55,100 nt of DNA, taken from the IMG/VR virus record IMGVR_UViG_3300045256_000036, positions 1 through 55,100 of that record. One strand, written 5' to 3'. Source of the DNA: a virus. Lineage: Duplodnaviria > Caudoviricetes. Every line of letters begins with the position of its first letter. The stretch's first letter is position 1. A program made the position numbers and the translations under genes. Below the pieces are notes generated by a model. That model was not told the origin of the DNA, ran no database searches, and worked only from the letters and a program-made list of their open reading frames with translations. Below are positions 55,065 to 55,100 of the stretch, in pieces.

Positions 55065-55100
55065 CCCGCTTTCATAAAACTCCATAACAATGGGGGGTAA
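55065..55100 (+). repeat. second copy of the 36-bp repeat at 1-36
   Basis: See 1-36. Confidence 0.9.

Overview
The window looks like an essentially complete, circularly permuted genome of a 55.1 kb tailed dsDNA phage, probably a lytic siphovirus, since no integrase or repressor cassette is seen. It has three modules. (i) A minus-strand morphogenesis and lysis arm (343-26247): TerS/TerL, DUF935-type portal, lambda-like S49 protease, head decoration and major capsid proteins, tail genes with a lambda-type GGGAAAG -1 frameshift, and a terminal glycosyltransferase. (ii) A plus-strand early arm of small genes (about 27200-36261). (iii) A minus-strand replication and DNA-modification arm (36349-54941): primase-helicase, tRNA-Ile(UAU), RuvC-like resolvase, SNF2 helicase, PD-(D/E)xK nuclease, AAA ATPase, SSB, a queC-queD-queE-folE 7-deazaguanine pathway with a DpdA-like transglycosylase, a UDG-fused PolA, a sugar epimerase and ThyX. 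The most unusual signal is a family of seven intergenic tRNA-like RNA elements that lack an anticodon arm (acceptor stem, GG-containing D-like hairpin and T-arm), six in the early operons and one in the late operon. Other notable non-coding structure: two inverted 167-bp origin-like elements nearly opposite each other on the circle, a 27-bp inverted repeat followed by an about 850-bp cytosine-depleted block, a GC-rich ATGCAC repeat island, and eight promoters sharing a CTCC(C)AT spacer box, alongside a family of paralogous YQxVYN HTH proteins. All calls come from reading motifs by eye; no database searches were run.
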